The translations under genes were made by a program, and so were the position numbers. Under the pieces are notes generated by a model that was not told the DNA's origin, searched no databases, and worked only from the letters and a program-made list of their open reading frames with translations. This document shows, piece by piece, positions 58,852 through 64,000 of a DNA stretch of 64,000 nt. Position 1 is the stretch's first letter; each line of letters starts with the position of its first letter. The DNA is from Candidatus Omnitrophota bacterium (GTDB lineage: Bacteria; Omnitrophota; Gorgyraeia; JAZDFF01), in NCBI GenBank assembly GCA_043808095.1, contig JAZDFF010000015.1, forward strand, positions 2,015 to 66,014. The letters run 5' to 3'.

Positions 58852-60600
58852 TTAGAGATCTCTTTGTAATTTTGCAAATTCTAAGTTTTTATATTCTAAC
58901 GAGTCGAGGAATTCTTTAGTGCTACTTATTATAATTTCATTCTGGCTTTTTAAGAAATAAACCCGATCAACAAAATTTAACATACTTAACCGATGCGAAA
59001 TAATTATGCAGGTAAGATTTTTTCTTTTGCCTAACAACTCTTCCAGTATCCTTGTCTCTGAGCTGACATCTAATGAAGAAAGTGCTTCATCAAGGATAAG
59101 TATGGCCGGCTTTTTGATGACCGCCCTGGCAATAGCAATACGTTGCTTCTGGCCTTCAGAAAGTAGAGTAGCATTCTCTCCTATCTTAGTATCATATTTC
59201 TGAGGCAATTCATTAATAAAACTATCGATACCGGTTAATTGTGCCACGCTCATTATTTCATCTTGCGTTGCATTCGGTTTTCCATATTTAATATTGTTTT
59301 CAACTGTATCGTTCCACAAAAATGGCTCCTGGAGGGCAATTCCAATCTGCTCGTAGAGCGCCTCAAACTTTATTTTTTCTAGATTATTGCCGTCAATAAA
59401 AATCTCGCCATTCTGTGGCTCAAATAACCTTAAAATTAGATTTATGATAGTGGTCTTACCGCATCCAGATGGCCCGATAAGGGCAATATGAGTCCCTGGC
59501 TCTATCCTAAAATTCATATTTTCCAGGATAGGCTTTTTATCGCCGTAGGCAAATCTAACCTCTTTAAAGACAATCTCGCCTTTAGTAAACTTAACCAGCG
59601 AGGCATCGGGACTTGCCTTTATCTGCGGCTCTTGACTTAAGATCTCATCTATCCTTGAACAAGAAAGTGTCCCCATAGCTACTTGCTGGAAAAAGTTGGC
59701 AAATCGTGATTGCAGGCCAAATAGTTGGTTGATATAAAGCATTATGGCGGTCAGGCTGCCGAAAGTTAGCCGGCCTTTAATCACCCAGTATCCTCCATAG
59801 AAAAAGATTATTCCGCTAACCAGGCGGGACATAACATTACCGCTAAAACTACTCATCGCCCCTAACTTCGTAGTCTTTTTGGATAATTTTAGATTAATGA
59901 TTAGTTGTCTTAAATAGGCCCTGAATTCATTTATCTCTTTTCCAAAAGCCTTGACTAACTGGATATGCGAAAAGACCTCAGCCAGGCGTTCGTATATGTC
60001 TTGAGAATTTTTAAAGAGTTCCTCATAGAGGGTTTTTAGCCTCTGCATAAAATAATAAGGCACAAAATATAAAAATGGAATCAAAAATAAAGATAATAGA
60101 GCGAGTTGCCTGTCCAGATAAAAGATAATTGCGAAGATAAACAAGGTGCGCGGCAAGATGGTTAAAATCTCTGAGAGCGATGAAGTAATAAAACTAATTA
60201 CCCTGTCTATATCATAACTAATCCTGTAGATATGCCCTCCGGTAGATTTTTCCTGGAAGAAGGAAAAGGAAAGTTTAGTTAAATGACCAAAGACCTTTTT
60301 ATGTAAGTCGAATCTTAACTTTAAATTCAGATAACTGCTAAGGTAGGTGGTTGCGGCATTGAGCAGTCCCGTCAATATAAACAATCCGCCCATGGATAAG
60401 CCGATAATGATAAAAAAGGTCGGGTCTTTGGCTAAGAGACCTTTATCAATAAGCAATTTGCTTAAATACGGGTTCGCCAGGCCAAAGACAACAGCTACTT
60501 CCCCTAAGACAATTACCAGAAGTTCTGTCTTCCAGTAAGGTAAGAGGAACTTGGCAAATTTTAGAAAAAGCCTGAGATCTTCTTTTTTAAGTTGCTGCAT
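58852..60600 (-). CDS. ABC exporter, fused permease/ATP-binding protein
   Basis: 582 aa. 6-TM exporter domain, Walker A GPSGCGKTT, signature LSEGQKQRIAIARA and Walker B ILILDEALS. No C39 peptidase domain. Confidence 0.8.
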   Translation of the reverse strand: MQQLKKEDLRLFLKFAKFLLPYWKTELLVIVLGEVAVVFGLANPYLSKLLIDKGLLAKDPTFFIIIGLSMGGLFILTGLLNAATTYLSSYLNLKLRFDLHKKVFGHLTKLSFSFFQEKSTGGHIYRISYDIDRVISFITSSLSEILTILPRTLFIFAIIFYLDRQLALLSLFLIPFLYFVPYYFMQRLKTLYEELFKNSQDIYERLAEVFSHIQLVKAFGKEINEFRAYLRQLIINLKLSKKTTKLGAMSSFSGNVMSRLVSGIIFFYGGYWVIKGRLTFGSLTAIMLYINQLFGLQSRFANFFQQVAMGTLSCSRIDEILSQEPQIKASPDASLVKFTKGEIVFKEVRFAYGDKKPILENMNFRIEPGTHIALIGPSGCGKTTIINLILRLFEPQNGEIFIDGNNLEKIKFEALYEQIGIALQEPFLWNDTVENNIKYGKPNATQDEIMSVAQLTGIDSFINELPQKYDTKIGENATLLSEGQKQRIAIARAVIKKPAILILDEALSSLDVSSETRILEELLGKRKNLTCIIISHRLSMLNFVDRVYFLKSQNEIIISSTKEFLDSLEYKNLEFAKLQRDL

Positions 60601-60697
60601 TTCGTCTATTTTATTAACGGATGCATACGCCTACCAACAAGGCAGACAGGGATTTCTGCGAATTCGCTTGTTTGACTATCTGATAAAGTTAAAGGGC

Positions 60698-60937
60698 TTA
60701 AGAAGATGCAAAGCCTGAGAACGTGGACTCGCCGTAATCACCGCGTGCCGCAGTGTCTACTCCGTACTTCCCCTTGATCAGTAAATCGCCCTGACACAAC
60801 GTCCTCAGCGAACTTAGCGCGAACACGCCTTCGACTATGAATCCGACCCCTGTATAGCACTGGCAGCTCAACACTGCCTGCTCAGGGTTAAGTTTTACCC
60901 GGGTGATTTCGGGTCTGAATTTAGGTCGTCTGGACAT
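60698..60937 (-). CDS. Small GC-rich ORF (79 aa, Cys-containing) of unknown function; candidate precursor peptide or small protein
   Basis: Strong SD GGAGGTGA 4 nt upstream of ATG (MSRRPKFRPEITRVKLNPEQAVLSCQCYTGVG...). Local GC ~50% versus ~35% in neighbours. Sits between the GxxExxY/rSAM-SPASM genes and the ABC exporter. Confidence 0.4.
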   Translation of the reverse strand: MSRRPKFRPEITRVKLNPEQAVLSCQCYTGVGFIVEGVFALSSLRTLCQGDLLIKGKYGVDTAARGDYGESTFSGFASS

Positions 60938-61027
60938 TGGTTCACCTCCATTTTTGAACACAAATTTTCACGAATTAATATACGAAAATTCTAAGATTTA
61001 TCGAATTTACACGAATAATTTTTGTTT

Positions 61028-61402
61028 TCAAAAGATGTGTCGTTTTATTTCTATTTTGTCTGACCCAAGGTTAACTAAGTAACCTAACTTATATTCAGAA
61101 CCCTTTAGATAATGATAAAGTTGTAACTCAAAAACTTTAGGCATATGCAAAACCGATTTCAACTCGACAACAATCTTATCCTCTATAATAAAATCGGGTT
61201 CATAAAAGCCAACTTCTTTACCTTCGTATTCAACCTTTAACCTTCTCTTTGAATTATATCTTATCTTTTGCTTATCAAACTCTATTTTTAACGCTTTATG
61301 ATAAATCTCTTCTTTATGTCCCGGTCCGAGTGTATTATAAACTTTATAAAAACAACCAACTAACTTGTACGATAATTCCTTATATAGTATTTTCTCGGGC
61401 AT
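61028..61402 (-). CDS. GxxExxY family protein (PD-(D/E)XK-like), paralog of 13502..13924
   Basis: 124 aa with signature LGPGHKEEIYHKAL. Confidence 0.7.
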   Translation of the reverse strand: MPEKILYKELSYKLVGCFYKVYNTLGPGHKEEIYHKALKIEFDKQKIRYNSKRRLKVEYEGKEVGFYEPDFIIEDKIVVELKSVLHMPKVFELQLYHYLKGSEYKLGYLVNLGSDKIEIKRHIF

Positions 61403-61469
61403 ATATTCGTGTTAATTCGGCTTTTTATTCGTGTTAATTCGTGTCCAGATTCGTATTCATTCGAAAAAA

Positions 61470-62543
61470 TTAGTGAATATTCGTGCTTAAATGCGCCAAC
61501 TCGCAAAACCACTCCACCGGTTTCTCTAAACTGCCGGTTTCAAGATACGCTCTTCCAGGACAACTGAAACACATCTTTCTCAGGGAACAACTGCTACACC
61601 TTCCATTACTAGATGATCTCTGTATCCATACCCAGTCTAAAATCTGTTTTTGGGCCTCCTTGACTTCTTCTTTTAGCAAATTTATCTTCGGTTTTCTGAT
61701 ACAACTGCAAGGAAAGATATTGCCATAGGGATCGATGCTGATGCCATCGCCTCCTCCTATGGCACAACGGAACAACTTGGTATTTGGCCTGGGGTTTTTA
61801 TCATAAAGCCTGCGACCTGTTCCATCAGTTAATTTTTCACAATCCTCATCTCGTAACTTTTTTCTTCCATCCAAACTAAAAACCTCTTCTGGCTTTATGC
61901 GCAAATCACAGGGTGTTAACTCCTGGTTTAAACGGGCATGGATATAAGGACTGGGACGAAATTTTATCCCCAAATTCCTTATGAATCTTTTTACCTTTGG
62001 CATCTGGCCCAAATTCTCATTTATCACCATGGTCTTAATCTTGAGAGGAATATTTCGCTTCTTTATCATCTTTATACCTTCAATCGCCTTTTTAAATGAG
62101 CCTCTAACCTGTGTAATCTGCTCATAGACATTTTTTGTTATCGCATTTAGAGTAATTTCAATGACAAAGGGAGGCGATTTTGCTAAATAGTCGGCTATTT
62201 CTCTAGTCATAGAAAAGCCATTAGTAAAGATAGTGATGATAAAACCCTTATCTTTTGCGTAAGAGTAGATTTCTAAAAAGTCTTTTCTGGTCAAAGGGTC
62301 GCCTCCGGTAAAACAAAGCCAGATAATCCCATAATCTCTTACCTTATCCAACAAAGATTTTACCTGGCCAGTGGTCAGCTCCTTTTTTAAATATCGGGGT
62401 TTATTGTAACAATCACAGTAGCAATAGTTACAATGGAGCCCGCAGCCGAAGGTCAATTCAAACTGGCAGACATTGATGCGCTTTATGCGCCAATTAATCT
62501 TATGCGTCTTGAGACTAAAGTTCTTATACCGGATTTCTCTCAT
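61470..62543 (-). CDS. Radical SAM / SPASM-domain maturase-like protein
   Basis: 357 aa. CGLHCNYCYCDC (CxxxCxxC) and C-terminal SPASM Cys cluster CSSCSLRKMCFSCPGRAY. Confidence 0.75.
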   Translation of the reverse strand: MREIRYKNFSLKTHKINWRIKRINVCQFELTFGCGLHCNYCYCDCYNKPRYLKKELTTGQVKSLLDKVRDYGIIWLCFTGGDPLTRKDFLEIYSYAKDKGFIITIFTNGFSMTREIADYLAKSPPFVIEITLNAITKNVYEQITQVRGSFKKAIEGIKMIKKRNIPLKIKTMVINENLGQMPKVKRFIRNLGIKFRPSPYIHARLNQELTPCDLRIKPEEVFSLDGRKKLRDEDCEKLTDGTGRRLYDKNPRPNTKLFRCAIGGGDGISIDPYGNIFPCSCIRKPKINLLKEEVKEAQKQILDWVWIQRSSSNGRCSSCSLRKMCFSCPGRAYLETGSLEKPVEWFCELAHLSTNIH

Positions 62544-62579
62544 TTTGTATCGCTATAAATCATAGGTTAAGAATTTACC

Positions 62580-62900
62580 CTTAGCATTTTAAATTTACCC
62601 GCCTTCGCAGAAAGCTACGACCGTAAGGCCATAGATGAATGCCAAGCGGGTAATCCGCCGAAGTCCGTCTTCGCTCAATTGCTTTCGCATTGAGCTTCGC
62701 CGAGATCCCGCCGAAGTCAAACACGTTAAGCGTTTGACGTAGGCGGACCAAAAACGAAAGTATTTTGGCGAAGGCGGATACTGCTTCGGCGGGTTTCGCC
62801 GAAGTTCTCCTTCGCTCTTTGAGCTTCGGAGAAATCTTGCCGAAGCCTTGGCGTAGGCAGACATGTGAAGATGCTATGGCCGTTAGGCCATAGAGCTTCA
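62580..62900. repeat. GC-rich degenerate tandem-repeat / stem-loop element (family copy 2) bounded by inverted ggccatag words
   Basis: Internal ~40-50-bp degenerate repeats (ccgccgaagtc...cttcgctc...agcttcg..gagat). Hairpin gtcaaac-acgttaagc-gtttgac. Shares cttcgc / agcttcgg / gcgaaggcgga words with 7080..7320. The ORFs called inside it (106 and 89 aa) look spurious. Confidence 0.45.
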
Positions 62901-64000
62901 CTAAATATCTTTAATCTCTAAAGCATGTTTTTTAAATAATTTTTCTCTATCTTCTTTTATGAGAGATAAAATACTGCCGGGAACGATGGAATGATCATAT
63001 TTTTTATATAGATATTGGGCAAGACTTAACCAAGAATTAGCGAGTTTTGCCAAAATTACCATAATTTTAATGCTACCATTCTCTATCTTTTTTATTTTAT
63101 CAAAAGATAGCCCTTGTTCCTCTGTCACTTTTAACCAACTTTCTAATATTCCTGTGGGGGATATATCCAAATCTTTGACTATGCCATAAAACGATTCCTT
63201 AAATAACCCGCGGTTTATGAGGATGCTGACGGTCTGTTCTAATTTCATAGTCTTTTTTAAATCTTTAGCTGAATAAGTATCACTTTTATACGCATAATAA
63301 GGAGGATTTCTATCGTATCTGATTTTAAACCGTGCTGCTAATGGACGCAGATTTGTTCCCGGTAACATCATAAGCCTTTCTATCTGAAAATTCGGCGGAC
63401 GCAACCTAAATAAAAAGTCTAAAGAGGTAGAGAATGTACGGTAATTATCCTGCGGTAGGCTCGCTATGAGCTGGATCTGATAAAATAGACGCTTTTTATT
63501 TAAGAGTAAAATATTATTTCTAAATAAACTGGGGCTGAAACTTCTGTTCATCAATTTTAATGCCTCTTTGTTAGTGGACTGGACCCCTATTTCGATAAAA
63601 TTTGCCCTGGCTTTATGCAATAGCTCTACCATTTGTCTATCCAATAATTCTGCCCTCAGTTCAACGTGTAACCTTGAATTTTTATTATGCCTTATGAAGA
63701 TTTTAAGAATCTCTTTTGCCCTTTTCCTATCAAAATTAAAGGTCGGGTCCATCAGATAAATAGTGCCAGGGTCTTTTTTAAGTATAAATTCAAATTCTTC
63801 CTCTATTCTTTCTAAGGAAAAATAACGTAAATTTTTAAAACCTTTATGATAATAGCAATAATTACATTTAAAGGCGCATCCTCTCATTGTCTCAACGGGA
63901 TATTCATCTTTTGGCACTATGTCTATTAACCTTTCTAAATACGGGGAAGGGATAATATTTAAATTAGATAAATCCTGCCCTTGTTTATTAAAAATTATTC
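62901..64000 (-). CDS. Radical SAM protein, probably B12-binding class (5'-truncated by the window edge)
   Basis: CAFKCNYC (CxxxCxxC) lies ~15 aa from the listed GTG start. The reading frame stays open upstream to position 64000 (…NKQGQDLSNLNIIPSPYLERLIDIVPKDEY…), so the N-terminal (B12-binding) domain is expected beyond the window. Confidence 0.6.
   Translation of the reverse strand, partial: IIFNKQGQDLSNLNIIPSPYLERLIDIVPKDEYPVETMRGCAFKCNYCYYHKGFKNLRYFSLERIEEEFEFILKKDPGTIYLMDPTFNFDRKRAKEILKIFIRHNKNSRLHVELRAELLDRQMVELLHKARANFIEIGVQSTNKEALKLMNRSFSPSLFRNNILLLNKKRLFYQIQLIASLPQDNYRTFSTSLDFLFRLRPPNFQIERLMMLPGTNLRPLAARFKIRYDRNPPYYAYKSDTYSAKDLKKTMKLEQTVSILINRGLFKESFYGIVKDLDISPTGILESWLKVTEEQGLSFDKIKKIENGSIKIMVILAKLANSWLSLAQYLYKKYDHSIVPGSILSLIKEDREKLFKKHALEIKDI

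Noticed and set aside
60698-60961. Interpreting the GC-rich small ORF as a tRNA, tmRNA or other known RNA
   Set aside because: No cloverleaf or recognisable conserved RNA motif could be folded by eye. The strong SD-ATG spacing favours coding, so it is kept as an ORF with an ncRNA alternative noted.
62581-62901. Two overlapping ORFs (106 and 89 aa) in the 62.6-kb GC-rich repeat
   Set aside because: Same reasoning. The two mutually overlap in different frames and their translations are low-complexity and Arg-rich. Better explained as a structured repeat element.
1-64000. CRISPR arrays, transposases, integrases, phage genes
   Set aside because: No regularly spaced direct repeats with unique spacers, and no ORF with DDE/tyrosine-recombinase/terminase-like motifs. 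The repeats present are palindromic words and leader cassettes with irregular spacing.

Overview
This is a low-GC (~35%) stretch of bacterial chromosome; lpxB, an MsbA-like exporter and a Wza-like export lipoprotein point to a Gram-negative envelope. Coding is dense and almost entirely on the minus strand.

The left ~14.6 kb is housekeeping: ptsI, ptsH and ptsN (a regulatory PTS without permeases), three tRNA genes, the conserved frr-pyrH-tsf-rpsB operon, an MsbA-like ABC exporter, a Gfo/Idh/MocA oxidoreductase divergent from lpxB, an aminotransferase, an Lrp-family regulator and nadE.

From ~15.2 to ~56.5 kb lies a ~41-kb contiguous minus-strand polysaccharide (EPS/O-antigen-like) locus. Each end carries a paralogous module of a Wzc-like tyrosine-kinase co-polymerase plus ExeA/GspA-like AAA ATPases (four ATPases in total, one fused to an HD-GYP c-di-GMP phosphodiesterase domain). 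In between are a WecA/MraY-type priming transferase, about ten glycosyltransferases, six SAM methyltransferases, two DegT aminotransferases, two rSAM/SPASM enzymes, one B12-binding rSAM, Wzx and MurJ-type flippases, a Wzy/O-antigen-ligase-like polymerase, an SGNH hydrolase, a PIG-L deacetylase and a WbqC-like protein. No classical NDP-sugar dehydratase or epimerase genes are present.

The right end (57.5-64 kb) holds a second rSAM-rich module: a B12-rSAM truncated at the window edge, an rSAM/SPASM, a GxxExxY protein, an anomalously GC-rich 79-codon ORF with a strong RBS, an ABC exporter and a PF14907-like nucleotidyltransferase. This layout resembles a RiPP/peptide-maturation cassette.

The non-coding DNA is organised in ways the gene list does not explain. 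A ~200-bp leader repeat carrying a 20-bp perfect palindrome and a duplicated gene start is reused upstream of several genes. Two sibling families of palindromic 7-8-mer words (CGCGAAT-type and CACGAAT-type) build most promoter regions. Two GC-rich, stem-loop-rich elements sit at 7.08-7.32 kb and 62.58-62.90 kb. No CRISPR, transposase or integrase was seen.
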